From the human T2T-CHM13v2.0 reference genome, Homo sapiens: DNA of 64,000 nucleotides. Shown one piece after another: positions 1 through 14,369 of the stretch. Under the pieces are notes generated by a model, which was not told the origin of the DNA, did no database searches, and saw only the letters and a list, made by a program, of their open reading frames with translations. Both the position numbers and the translations under genes were made by a program. The stretch lies in assembly GCF_009914755.1 (NCBI RefSeq), contig NC_060937.1, one strand, 5' to 3'. The first letter of the stretch is position 1. Each line of letters starts with the position of its first letter.

Positions 1-729
1 CTTTCTGTAAATTATTCTTTTCTCCTAATTTTAATGCTCATAATTTTCAATGACAAAGGGGAACATATGCTTAATTATTCTCCCACTGTTCTCTAAATTA
101 TTGAATGTTTATTAATGAATACATTTTAATTAGAAAATGCATTTTAATTTTCTCAAGAAATAAAAATTGGAAGAATAACATTTATTTCTTCCCTTCTTAC
201 ACAGAAGCTGCTACCCTAAATCAATACTTTCTATTTGCATTTGAGCGCTACATCATCATTCTTTTGGATGCATGACTTCGTTCAGGGAGCTATTTTAAAC
301 TCTTCTTTGCACCAAGAATTTATACAGATTAAATTTTTTTTAAAGGGTTACATTTTTAGGACTAAACTGAACTGAAAATTTAACCTTTTAAATTCTATTC
401 ATTTGCAGGGAACATTATCTGTTTTAATGATGTAATCTCCCATCTGCTCGCAAATATTAACCTTCATTTATGACTAGAAATGCAGAACTAGAAAAAAATG
501 CCATTTTCCCATTCTACACAGTGCATTCTTATTTTACCTGAGATACAATTTCAAGAATTGAAAAATTATAATACAATATTTCTCTTTTACCACAATAACA
601 CGTTGTGGGAAAATGCATATCCATTCAAAGATTAAATTAGAAAAATAGCTTCTGAAACATTATTCATAGCCTATATCTACTTTTAACTCAGATTCCTATT
701 TTCAAAAGGAATAATCAGAGAAAAGGAGC

Positions 730-945
730 AAAGTTTAAGATCCCAATTCTCTAGATGTCGGTCCTTAATCTGCCACTTATTAGTTGTGTGACTTTGGGCA
801 AGTTATTTCATTTTTTTCTTGCATCAGATTGATAATCTGTAAATGGGGAATATGACAGGACCTGATTCTTAACGTAGTTATAATGTTTAAATTCATTAAT
901 AACTGTAGGCACTGAGAATCCTACCAGACACACAAAAAATGCTGT
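730..945 (+). mobile_element. MIR SINE remnant
   Basis: Core motif ccacttattagttgtgtgactttgggcaagttattt...atctgtaaatgggg typical of MIR; boundaries approximate. Confidence 0.7.
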
Positions 946-1509
946 AATAATGTTTGTTTAAATACTATCAATCATTTCCAAATATCTGTCTTCAGACAGG
1001 CTTCGGTCCACATTGAAGTTGACTCTACTATGGCCAATGGAGAAAAAGTACATTGACATTAGTCTTTTATAAAATCGTATTTACTTGATGGAATTTTTAT
1101 TTGTTATGAAATAGTATGTTTGCTTATACCATTTATGTGATTTTATGGCCTTTTATGGACAATAATGCCAGTAGTAATCATTATTGTTATATTATGTGTT
1201 TAATATTTAGGAATAAATAAACAGCTGTTACCCATAAGTCATTTTCTATACAGTATCTACAAGTTTATTATACCATGAAATGAAAAGTTTGTAAAACTTT
1301 GAGCTAGGAAACGCCAATTAATATTTCTCTAGTGCTATTCATTTTTGCAACAGCTCTAATGCAGTAGTAACACCATAGTTATCAAATCTGAAGACCTAGG
1401 TTAAAATTTATTTTTATCACTTACTTTGTCACAATAAGCAAATAACTTAGCCTTTCCTAATTTAAATGTTCTTACCTTGAAAACAAGAAAAATATATTTC
1501 TGCTTGCAA

Positions 1510-2140
1510 AGAATAACTGGTATAGGACTTGGCCTCCCAACAAAAACACCTATAAAATTTGATGAAATACTGTGTCATTATTTTGACACTGAAAAAGAGG
1601 CAGTTTAGGACCATTATCCTTGAGGAAAAGAAAAACAAAAAGGTGAGCTCCCAGACTGCCCTACAGTTGCCCTAGTTTTCTGCCTAAGGGTGACTTACTG
1701 CAGGGAGTAGAGCAGCAAGATGGAACCAAACCCAAAGTCAAAGTCCAGATTTGCAGGCTATGGAGGCCACAGGGATTTATAAGACAAAGTATCTGAGAAG
1801 GGGAAACTGTTGAGGGAAAGGCCACCTAAAAGTCTGTATGGAAGTTACTCAGTCCTTTGTCAATGGATAGGCTTGAAAAGGCAAAGAGCAAAGCACTGTG
1901 GTTTCTGACAGAGAATTGTTGCTGTGGGACAGAGAGATGAACAGTGAAAGGCCAGCAGGGTGAGGGACACTGGAATTACAATTCATCCAGAATAAAAAGA
2001 AATTATTCAGCATATTGGACTTCAATTGAGACCCCAGAAAGACTATATGTTTTAGTAAAAACCACATCCAAGAGTAAGGGCCAAGCCATAGGACTAAGTT
2101 GAAAAGCAAAATAAATATGCCCTAACAACAAATAAATTCA
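1510..2140 (+). mobile_element. Ancient L1M 5' region remnant
   Basis: Resembles degraded L1MC/MD 5' end and is similar in character to 62500-63140; family-level impression only. Confidence 0.4.
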
Positions 2141-2142
2141 TA

Positions 2143-2534
2143 TCTTTCCCAGTCTGCTTTGTGCTACTATGATAGAATACCACAAACTGGATATTTTATA
2201 ATGAGGAGAAATCAATTGGCTTATGGTGCTGAAGGCCAGAAAGTCCTAAATCAAGTTGCTGGTATCTGTCAAGGGCCTTCTTGCTCTGTCATCATATGGC
2301 AGGAAGAAAAAGAGAGGGCGAGAGAGACAAATTGAAAGTAATGGAAAAAACCACAATTACTTTTGCACCAACCTAATAAAAATCCCACTCCCTCAGTAAT
2401 GGCATTAATCCATTCTTGAGGGCAGAGCCCCCATGGATGAATCACCTTTCATTAGAATCCATCTCCCAAAATTTTTGCATTACAAATTAAGTTTCCAACA
2501 CATACCTTTTGAGTGACACATTCAAACCACTGCA
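2143..2534 (-). mobile_element. MaLR solo LTR (MSTC/MLT1A-like)
   Basis: tgctactatgatagaataccacaaactgg...cttcttgctctgtcatcatatggc...acattcaaaccactgca; the reverse complement starts TGCAGTGGTTTGAATG like MaLR LTRs. Confidence 0.8.
2331..2376. mobile_element. Half MADE1 (Hsmar1-derived MITE) inside the MaLR LTR
   Basis: attgaaagtaatggaaaaaaccacaattacttttgcaccaacctaa followed by TA; matches the MADE1 spacer plus one TIR. Confidence 0.85.
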
Positions 2535-2724
2535 ATGTCTGACTGCACTTAAATAATCCATCAGCAATTTATTAGTTAAAAGAAAAAATAACACTCTTTA
2601 AAGGAATTTTACATTAACTACACTTTCTACAATTATCACACACAATGTTCAGCTTATACAATTATTAAATGTGCAAAAAAAAATTGAACATGTAATCCAT
2701 GGTTGAAAGAAATAGCAGCACATA

Positions 2725-3031
2725 GAGTAGTCCTCCTTTATCCACAGTTTTGATTTCTGCAGCTTCAGTTACAGTACAATAAGATATTTTGAGAGAAAAG
2801 AGAGGGACCATATTCATATAACTTTGATTACAATATATGTTTATAATTCTATTTTATTATTAGTTATTTTTGTTAACTTCTTACTGTTTCCTAATTTATA
2901 AAATTAACTTGGTTATAGGTATGTATGCTTAGAAAAAAACGTAGTGTATGTATGGTATGGTAGTATCCACGGTTTCAGTTATCCACTGGAGGTCTTGGAA
3001 CCTAAACTCTGCTAATAAGGGAGGACTACTA
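2725..3031 (+). mobile_element. MER44A (Tigger7-derived DNA transposon)
   Basis: TIRs gagtagtcctcctttatc / aataagggaggactact, TA flanks, internal cagtacaataagatattttgagag. Confidence 0.85.
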
Positions 3032-3199
3032 TAATCAAACCTTAGATCACTCAGGTATTAGAATTAGCACAAGAAAACTATAATTCCTAAAGCTGCTGTT
3101 ATTAATATTTTCTAAGATTTAAACTATGATGATAATGAATAAAAAGATAAAAAGTATGACAAAAACCATGAAAATGTAACAAATTTAAAATGTAATTAT

Positions 3200-3365
3200 T
3201 GTCTTATTCCATTTCTGCTACTATAACAAAATACGGAGACTGGATAATTTATATAAAAGCAAAATGCATTTCTTAAATTTCTGGAAGGTGAGAAGTCCGA
3301 GATCAAGGCACAGATAGATGTGGTATCTGTTTCTCATTGATGGCCTGTTTCTCATAGATGTTCAT
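3200..3365 (-). mobile_element. MaLR LTR fragment (MST/MLT1A-like)
   Basis: tgtcttattccatttctgctactataacaaaatac...gagaagtccgagatcaagg. Confidence 0.65.
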
Positions 3366-3374
3366 GAGGGTCTT

Positions 3375-3900
3375 GTGCTTATTTTGGTACTGACTTTGGT
3401 TTTGATATCAAGGTTAACTGGTCCCATAAATGAATTGGAAAGTGTTTTCTCCTCTTCTGTTTTTTTTTGGAAGAGACTGTGTAGGATAAATGTTATTTCT
3501 ACTTAAATACATGGCAGGATTCACACATGAAATCATCTAGATCTAAAGACAGTTTTTTCAGAAAGTTGTAAACCACGAACTCAATTTCTTTGGTCATGAA
3601 TTATATTTGACCATGAATTCAAAAGTTGTAGCTGTATTTATATTGTCTATTTCATCTTGAGTGAGTTTAGTTTGTGGATTTTGAGGAATTGATCAATATT
3701 ATATAAGTCGTAGAACTCAAAAGTAAGAAAATAATCTTCTAGAAAATAGAACACCTTACTAAAGAAGGTATACAAAAGGTATACAAATGGCAATAACTAC
3801 ATAAAAACATATTCGACATTCTTCGCCATTAAGGAAATTCAAATTAAAGCCACAATAGGATAAGACTATACAGTTATTAGAATGACTAAAATTTTTTTAA
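3375..3900. mobile_element. Old L1M ORF2 fragments in opposite orientations
   Basis: Minus-strand ORF2-like sequence about 3375-3710, then plus-strand ORF2 3' sequence (ggaaattcaaattaaagccacaat...agaatgactaaaat) about 3720-3900. Confidence 0.55.
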
Positions 3901-3905
3901 ATACT

Positions 3906-4287
3906 ATGTTAGTCAATTTTCATTTTCTATAAAGAACTACCTGAAACTGTGTAATTTATGAAGAAAAGAGAGTAATTGACTTACAGTTCTGCATGTCTGG
4001 GGAAGCCTCAGGAAACTTACAATCACGGCAGAAAGTGAAGCGGAAGCAAGCACCCTTTTTCACATGGCTGCAGGAGAGATCGAGAGCAAATGGGGAGGGG
4101 CTACGCACTTTTAAACAACCACATCTCACAAGAAATCTATCACGAGACAACACTAGGGGGCGTGGTGCTAAACCATTAGGAACTGCCCCCATTATCCAAT
4201 CATCTCCCATCAGGTCCCTTCCCCAACATGTGGGAATTATAATTCTACATGAAATTTGGGTGGGTACACAGAGTCAAACCATATCAG
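3906..4287 (-). mobile_element. MSTA-like solo LTR (ERVL-MaLR)
   Basis: gcctcaggaaacttacaatcacggcagaaagtgaag...tttgggtgggtacacagagtcaaaccatatca. Confidence 0.9.
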
Positions 4288-4771
4288 TAAGATTCTATTT
4301 ATATAGCATTCTAAAATGTTCAATTCACAGTGATAGGGAATAGGCCAGAGGTTGTCAGGGCTTTAGGTTGGGGAGAATGTCATGTCTATAAAGGGGTAAC
4401 ATTGAAAATTTCTTTAGAATTATGCAGCTTTTTGTGTCATGTTCATATCTATCTACCTACCTATTTATTTACCTATCATAAACTTTATAAACATAAAATT
4501 AAAAAATTACTTGATTGATAATATCTGGCATGTAAGAGACCATGTGTCTTTGAAATACACTGGATGAATGGTAAATTGGGGCTCACTGGACCATTTTTGC
4601 AACTTTGTGCAAGTCTAAAATAATTTTAAAAATTTTTTAAAGTTTAAAATAAATTACCTAGAAATATATAGCATGCATAATCGAAGAAAATTTGATGAGC
4701 TCATATGCTGTATAATGTGCCAAATGTGCTTAACCAAAAGAAACAGAAAAAAGAGATAGAGTGGGATGGAT

Positions 4772-4822
4772 GGAAGGAAGGAAGGAAGGAAGGAAGGAAG
4801 GAAGGAAGGAAGGAAGGAAGGA

Positions 4823-4862
<40 letters not shown>

Positions 4863-4890
4863 AGGGAAGAAGGAAAGGAAGGAAGGAAGG
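4772..4890 (+). repeat. Compound (GGAA)13(GGCA)9 microsatellite with degenerate GGAA tail
   Basis: Direct count: GGAA 4772-4823, GGCA 4824-4859. Confidence 0.97.
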
Positions 4891-4919
4891 CAAAATTAGC
4901 CCTTTACAAAAACCAGAAG

Positions 4920-5310
4920 AATGCTTTCCTTCTGGTCTTAAAAAACGAAAGCTGCCATGTTGTGGATAGTGCTACGTAACAGAGAATTTCAGACACTCTC
5001 TAGAAGCTAAGAGAGACCCATCGTGGGCAGTTACCAAGAAAATGGGAACATTAATCCCATAAATAGCAGGAAGGAAGTTCTGCCAACAACTTGAAGGGTA
5101 TCAGAAGATATAAGTTAGATAAGATTAGGTCTCCATTATGACTACCTCCAAGTCCGATGATTAGTAACTTAATCCCTGGAGTGGTGTCTCAGCACACACA
5201 CAGGCCTCATTCACATTCAAGGGGAGATGATTACACAGTATATGCACGTCAAGCAGTGGGCATCTTGTGGGGTGTGGAATGGTGCATTTTAGAATTGTAT
5301 CTCCCAGAGT
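4920..5310. mobile_element. MLT1 LTR fragments
   Basis: agctgccatgttgtg...ttctgccaacaacttga and cacattcaaggggagatgattacacag motifs of MLT1 families. Confidence 0.55.
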
Positions 5311-5876
5311 AGGAGACTATTACTAACTTACAAAAGGGTTGTTTAGGTTGTTAAACCAGGTGTCCTCCATTCCGTACTTGTGAAATTCAGTTTGGGAGCT
5401 CATTAGAATTACTATTCCATACTTCTTAGTAAGTGAATAAAAGTTTAACAACAGTAAAGTGAAAAAAAGATATCTATGTATATGAGCTATGAGAAATAAA
5501 AAGAAACTTTAAAAAAAAACTATCAATTTAACCTCTCAAAGAGTAGACACAGACTTACAGAAAAAAATATTTTGCTACAAGTAACAACATAAACACCTGT
5601 GTGTCAACTACTCATGTAAATCCATTCTTTTTGATTTTGTGAAAATTTATAACTGGAGAAAACTAATTTTCTTCAACACTAGTTATGTTTCTTTTTTTGT
5701 TATAAAATTTTTTTTTCTAAACTTTTCTTAGTTTCTTTTAGTCTATTCCATAAATACTTTCGGGGTATCTATGTTTAGATAATTAGGTGTATGAGCAGCA
5801 TAAAAGCAAGTAGGACACATATTTCAGTAATTAAAATGAAGATACTCCTAATAATATAGTTGCAGATGGTATATAT

Positions 5877-6405
5877 CTGGCGTCCCCAATATTCACTATC
5901 TAATATACATGGTCCATGGCCTGTTAGAAACTGGGCTGCACACCAGGAGATGAGCAGCAGGTGAGTGAGCAAGCAAACCTCTATCTGCATGTGACAGCTC
6001 CTCATTGTTCACATTACTTCCTGAGCTCCGCCTCTTGTCAGATCTGTGGTGGTATTAGATTCTCAGAGGACCGTGAGCGCTATTGTGAACTGTGCATGTG
6101 AGGGATTTAGGCTGCACACCTCTTATGAGGATCTAATGCCTGATGATGTGTCACTGTCCCCTATCATCCCCAGATAGGACCATCTAGTTGCAGAAAAATA
6201 AGCTCAGGGCTTTCATTGATTCAACATTATCGTGAATTGTATAATTATCTCATTACATATTACAATATAATAATAATAGAAATAAAGTGCCCAACAAATG
6301 TAATATGCTTGAATCATCCCAAAATCATTCCCCCATCCCCTGGGTCCATGGAAAATTGTCTTCCATGAAACTGGTCCCTGGTGCCAAAAGGGTCGAGGAT
6401 CGCTG
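5877..6405 (+). mobile_element. MER1A (hAT/Charlie3-derived), full length
   Basis: About 530 bp; internal gagctccgcctcttgtcagatc; end ccatgaaactggtccctggtgccaaaagg; 8-bp TSD gtatatat/gtgtatat. Confidence 0.9.
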
Positions 6406-7724
6406 GTGTATATCATAAACAATTCTAGTGAAAATTGTGGAATGATGATTGTCCTAGATTCTTGTTAGGAAAATCTACATAAAATAGACAGAGCTGACCT
6501 CTGCGCCAGTGATGATTAGTTGGTTAGTAAATGTGGGCTGTTTGGGAAAGGAATTTATCTTGGGGTAGGTGGTTTTCTCCATTGAGACAATTTCAAAGAG
6601 CTGACAGCTAAAGACTGTTTGCCTACAGCAGTCTCAGCAGCTGAGGGAATACATCTTTCATTCTTGAAGTATGGTCTGTGTAGTACATCAAAGTGGTTGC
6701 TACAACAAATGTGTATTATGTCATCTACATAATGTCAGTTTCAAATATTTGGAGGAAAAATACCCACAAAATTTTATATACTTTCATGTTTTCAGTTAAA
6801 TGGTTATGATTAGGTTGCCTCTTTTTTTGTATGGCATGGTTCTACACCCTTCAACATCTAGTTGTCTTGTGCTTTAATTTAGCTACATCCTTCTTAGAAT
6901 ATTTTACTTAGAACAGAAATATATTGGCCTAATCAGTGCAGAATAAAAAACACTAGTATTGATTGGCCATTCTTATTTTTCCTAAAAGTAAAATCACTTT
7001 CTCATTTTTAAAAGCACTGCTATTTTTTCATATATAGGTGAAGGAAATAGTCACTTTTAATAAATTAGTACATCACTGATACCTTCCTATGCCTTTTTCT
7101 TAAATATCCATATACATCACTTTTTTCTAAACAGTCATACACATGTCAACATATTTGTAGATTTTTTCTTCCTTTTAAAAATAAAATTAGGTCATGTGCA
7201 CTCTAATTTGCAACTTTTTAATATCACAAATAATATATAAATATACATAAATGAATGTATTTCTAATATTTGTATAACATTTCATTGTATAAAGATGCTG
7301 TCATCTATTATATCTTGCAGTTATCCTGTGGAGGCTGTCTCATATTATCTTGATTATAAGCAATACAGCATTGAATTTCCTAGTACTTAGGTTTTTGCAC
7401 ATTTGCTGAAGTATCTTGATGTACTAGATTAGTAGATGTAAGATTTCTGGTCCACAGGAAGGTGTATTGCCCTAATCATAAATCTTTTTACCAATAACAG
7501 ATACCAATTTAGCTAACTTCACCAGAAAAATACTTTATCAGAAGTCTGCTATGTGGTTCGAGCATTATCAGGAATTTTAAAGAACCAAGCACAGAAAAGT
7601 CAGAAAATTAGAAAAGGCAAGGAACAGCTAATGTCCCATCACAGGTGTGTGCATCTTTTGAGACTTAAATGATATGCATTTCATTATCATGCTGAATGTA
7701 AAATGTTATGAATATTAGGGCTAA

Positions 7725-8191
<467 letters not shown>

Positions 8192-8444
8192 ACTGTTCTT
8201 GAATTTTAAGAAGGGACAACTGCTTCACTGAAACTTCTCTGCAGGAGTAGAGACTCTGGGTTCTCCACTATGAAGAAGCCCATTCAAATATCGAGAAGCC
8301 TAAAGTAAATTCCTCAAAGCATATACACATTTTTAATTGTAATAAATACCATCATTTTATTTCAAATAAATTATACCAGTTTTAATCCCATTTATAGTAG
8401 AGAGTATATTTTCCCAATAAGCATTGACAATGATCAATTTTTAA

Positions 8445-9476
<1,032 letters not shown>

Positions 9477-10232
9477 AAATCTTTAAATTTATTTTAAAAT
9501 ACTGAGCTTCCTAATAATGAGCTAAACGTACCTATTTTTGTTGTCATTGTGATATTTGTATCTATATATTATGTGCAAACTTGCTTTCCTTTGGCATTAC
9601 ATGTATCCCCTATGTCATTTAAACTTTATTCTTTCTAAAACTTTAAAACATTTTCTAAATACAAATCTAATAAATACTCAATGCAAACAACTTGGCAGGA
9701 TTGGACAAGAGCAAGAAAAAAGTAATACACCAACCATCTACTCTTAACACGTAGATGTATGTACTTCCAGTATTATGTTAAATTGTTTATAACTTTTGTG
9801 TGATTTTTCATTTTCCACTTCAAAATCTAGAATGAACATATTTTATGTGATTACATATTCTCACTATGATTAGTTTTAATGACTATATATGAGCATAGTA
9901 CTCTATTTTCCACATACACTTATCACAACTTCGTCAATAATCAAGTCTTAAAATTTAGATATTTTTGGCAAAGTGTGATTCTTATCTTTGTAAATATAGT
10001 TGGTAGGTTTTTTTTAAAGAAACTTCCTTAGAATTATATTGCCAGTATTTACTCTATCCATAATACATGAGAACGCCTGCTTTCACACACCTTCACTATT
10101 CAATAGAATATACAAAGAATTATAACTCTTTATAAATTATTTCTCTAGAGGAAACAAACTTTTCCACTTATTTTGCAATAAAATACTTGTGTGTTTCTCT
10201 GTCTGCATTTAGGTTGGATACCTAACTTAAAA

Positions 10233-11905
10233 ATTATTTACAATTGATGCATGATAGTTGTACATGTTTATGGGTTATAGTGTGACGTTTCAACACATGC
10301 TTACATTGATAACAATCAAATAAGAGTAGTTAGTATATCCATCATCACAAACCTTTATCATTTTTTTGTAATAATAACTTTCAAAAACCTCTTTTGTAGC
10401 TATCTTGAAATATACAATACATGGTTATTAGCCACAATCATGCTGCTATGTAATAGAACACCAGAAATTATTTTCCCTATCTAATTGTAACTTGGTAGCC
10501 ACTGACCAACCTCTCCCTATCTTTCACTTTCTCCTCCCTTCCCCATCCTCTGGTAATCACTATTCTACTATGTACTTCTATGAAATCAGCTTTCAAAAAT
10601 TCCGGGTATGAGTGATATCATGTAGTTTTGTCTTTTTGTGACTGGCTTATTTCACTGAACATCATGCCCTCCAGGTTTATCCATGTTGCTTCAAATGACA
10701 GAATTTAAGTCTTTTTTAGAGCTGAATAGTATTCCATTGTGTATTTATATCATATTTTCTAATCCATTCATCCATTGATGGACACTTAGGTTGATTCCAT
10801 CTCTTGTCTATTAGGAATAGTGCTGCAATAAACATAAGAGTACACATATCTTTTTGACATATTGATTTCCATTCCTTTGGCTATATGCTCAGTAGTGGAA
10901 TTGCTGGATCATATGGCAGTTCTGTTTTTATTTTTTTGAGAAACTTCTATACTTTTTTCCATAATGGCTTTACTACATTTACATTTCCACAAATATTATA
11001 TATGAGTCTTCTTTTCTCCCTATCCTCATAAGCATTTTATTTTTTGTCTTTTTGATAATAGCCATTCTAACTGAAGTAAGGTAATATTGCATTGTGGTTT
11101 TGATTCACCTCTCCCTGATGATTAGTGAGGTTGAGCATTTTGTCATATGCCCACTAGCTATTTGTATGCCTTTTTTGGAGAAGTGTCTATTCAGATCTTT
11201 TGCCCATATTTAAATAAAATTATTTTTATGTTTTTGGTATCAAGTTGTTTCAGTTCCTTATATATTGTATATATTAACTCCTATTTTGATGAATCATTTG
11301 CAAATATTTTCTCCCATTCTGTAGGTTTTCTCTTCACTCCTAGGATTTTTTTTTTATTTTTTTGCTGTGCAGAGGCTTTTTAGTTTGATATAATCACATT
11401 TGTCTATTTTTGCTTTTGTTGCTTATGCTTTTGAGGTCTTATCCAAAAGGTTTTTACCCACATTATTGTCATGAAGCATTTCCCCTGTGTCTTTTTCTAG
11501 TAATTTTATAGTTTTGGTTCTCATATTTAAGTCTTTAATTCATTTTGAGTTGATTTTTGTATAAGGCGAGCAATGACGGTCTGGCTTCATTCTTCTGTCT
11601 ATAGATATCCAGTTTCACAGCACTATTTATTGAAGAGACTGTATTTTCCCCAATGTGTGTTCTTGTCACATTTATTTTACAAAATCAGTTGGCTGTAAAT
11701 ACGTGGATTTATTTCCAGGCTCTATTCTATTTCATTGGTCTATGAGTCTGTTTTTATGGCAGTGCCAGCCCGATTTAGTTATTACAGTTTTGTAGTATAC
11801 TTTGCAGTCAGGTAGTGTGATGCCTCTAGCTTTTTCTTTTTGCTCAAGATTGTTTTGGCTACTGGGAGTCTTTTTTGTTCCATATGAATTTTAATATTGT
11901 TATTA
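10233..11905 (-). mobile_element. L1MA 3' portion (3'UTR and end of ORF2), 5'-truncated
   Basis: L1MA-type 3'UTR, then ORF2 C-terminal sequence (cattgatggacacttaggttgattcc; aggtagtgtgatgcctctagc). Confidence 0.88.
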
Positions 11906-12203
11906 ACATAGAAGATACAGCTCAAATTTCTAAGAAATAGCCTTCTTGCCTGGAAATATTCCCACTTCCTTTTTCTTTCCATAGTACATGATTTTTTAAG
12001 GATCTTTTGAAAAAGATTATTAGATTTTACCTAAAGTTGTTTTACATCGTTGATAAATGATGGACTTAATAAATAACTACAAGTGGTAACAGATCATACT
12101 GAGGAAACATTTAGAAGATATAATTTGAGATTTTATACTTTAGAGAATTTTAGTTTCAGAAGCACAAAAAATAGACTGTTCGAATATGAAATAGGTGATT
12201 TTT

Positions 12204-14369
12204 TAACTTTAAAATAGTTTTTATTATACAAAAATTGTCAAATAATTGGATATTTCTCTACTTTGTACACAATTATTCTCAATCTCCACAGAGAGACTGC
12301 TTAAATTCTCATCTGGTGGTGGCAAGCACTAAAATTTTAACAGAATAGTAGTAAAAATGCCTCAGGGATTTAAGTTGAAAGCAATATATTGGTACATGGC
12401 TTTGCACCCAATATTAGGAGTGTACAAATGTCTTTTATTAAAAAATACAAAATAAATTATCTGTAGGCCTGGACAATGACAGGAGTAAGCCGTTATGTAT
12501 TTTGTCAACTGAAACCAGTAATGGTTATAGTGGTTTCTTAAATATCAGCCAGCCTTTTCTTCAGTCATTTTCTCCAACTGACTTCTCTAAAGCTATTGGT
12601 GAGGAACACTGCACTGAGCTTCTGTCACAGTTCATTAATATAGGTAAAGCAGTATTCTAGGAATTAGAACATGCCACCTCTCATACCACCTCTCATTCTA
12701 CATATTGCACCCATTCCAGGGTCCTTCTCTTCTTCAGGAATTTTTGTGACTAAAATTTCTGCTGTAGTTAACAGAGAGGCCACCCAAAAGCATCCAATAA
12801 AACAGTTTTCAGAAACTTTGTTGGATCAATGATTCCTTTTCCCACCTTATTCACAAAATCTCTGACCATAGCATCATAACCAACTTCTATAGAACTTTGC
12901 GTAATTTTCTTGACTATAAAAGATCCTTCAATACCTGCATTTTTAGCAATTGTCATTGCAGCAATTTTGAATATTCTTTTAATTTCTATACCAATGTTTT
13001 GATCTTCACTAGCTGGAGTCAATGAGTACAAGGCTGGAACGTATTGAAGCAGGGCACAGCCCCTTCCCAGAACAATGCCTTCTTCAACAGCAGTTATTGC
13101 ATTAAGGGATCTGTAACTCTGTCTTTCTTTTCATTCACTTTGACATCACTTGTCCCACCAACCTTCAGCACAGCTACTCCATCTGAAAAGTTTTCCAGCC
13201 ATTCTATCAGTTTTTCCTTTTCGTATCACTAATTGTGACATCTAACTGCTCCATGATTTCTTGAATATTTTTTTTTCAATTTGAGGCTTGTCACCTTTTC
13301 CTTTTAAGAGCATAGCATAATCTTTAGTCACAATGACCTCTCCAACTTTACCTAAGTCACGAGGCTGCACATATTCAAGATTTAGGGCCAAGCCCTCGTC
13401 TCCAAACACTGCACCACCAGTAGCAATAGCCAAATCTTTAAGCTGGTTCTTTCAATTGTTCATCAAATCCTGGAGCTTTGACTGCTATAATGTGAAGACT
13501 AACTTTTAGCCTATTCAAAACGAATGTACTTAGAGCTTCTCCATCAATATCTTCAACAATTATGACCAAAGTTTTATGGTGAGCATTGGCAACTTCAAGA
13601 GCAGGTACAATGGACTGGACACTAGAAATTTTCTATTCACTCATTAGAACATGGGCATCCTGGAATTCACATTTCTAGCCTTCTGGTATATTAATAAAGT
13701 ATGGAGAAATATATCCTCAATCAAACTTCAGGTCTTCAATAATGTCTAATTCATCATTCAGTGTTTTTTCCTTCCTTACTGTGATGGCAACCTCTCTACA
13801 GTCTGTCTCCATTTGTAGAAATTGTAGCAACCTGAGCAATTTCTTCAGGGGTGGTCACAGGTTTAGACTGCTTTTCAAGTTCAGCAATTACAGCATAAAC
13901 AGCTAGCATCACACCTCTCCCCATTTCCAATAGATTAGCACCTTTACTAATCTTCTTGAAGCCATCCTTGGCAATAGAGCATGCCAGAACAGTACAGTGG
14001 TAGTGTCATCCCCAGCCTCTTCACTCGTGTTATTGGCAACATCTTGAACAAGTTTAACTCCAATACTGTTATATTCATCCTTTAAGTCAATAGATTTTTC
14101 AACAGTCACACCATCTTTTGTTACTTTGGGATCTCCACAGCTCTGTTGAATAATCACTGCTCTTCCCTTTGACCCCATTGTAATGGCTACAGCATCGGCT
14201 AAAAGTTCTGCACCTTGAAGCATTAAGGCTTGGGCATCTATACCACATTTTACATCTTTAGCATAAGCCCAAGTGAGATGAGGGGCCAGTACCCTGGACA
14301 CAGTTCTCATCTAGTGAAAGACTGTGAGTTATCGAAGCATTTCTGCAGAGTGGTGGTGGTGAGTGAGGA
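12204..14369 (-). pseudogene. HSPD1P: HSPD1 (HSP60/chaperonin 60) processed pseudogene; HSPD1P number not assignable
   Basis: ORF fragments match human HSP60 ([42 protein letters not shown], ending GGMF*). Intronless. Former ATG at 14340 and TAA at 12664-12666. Stops at codons 4 and 10, frameshifts, about 40-nt deletion near 13800. 3'UTR with AATAAA. 16-bp TSD gaaataggtg(a/c)ttttt at 12188-12203 and 14370-14385. Confidence 0.97.

Noticed and set aside
4654-4979. Overlapping ORFs with EGRK/PSFL repeats
   Set aside because: Translations of the GGAA/GGCA microsatellite
12768-14310. HSP60-like ORFs as a functional gene
   Set aside because: Stops at codons 4 and 10, frameshifts, an internal deletion, no introns and TSDs mark a processed pseudogene
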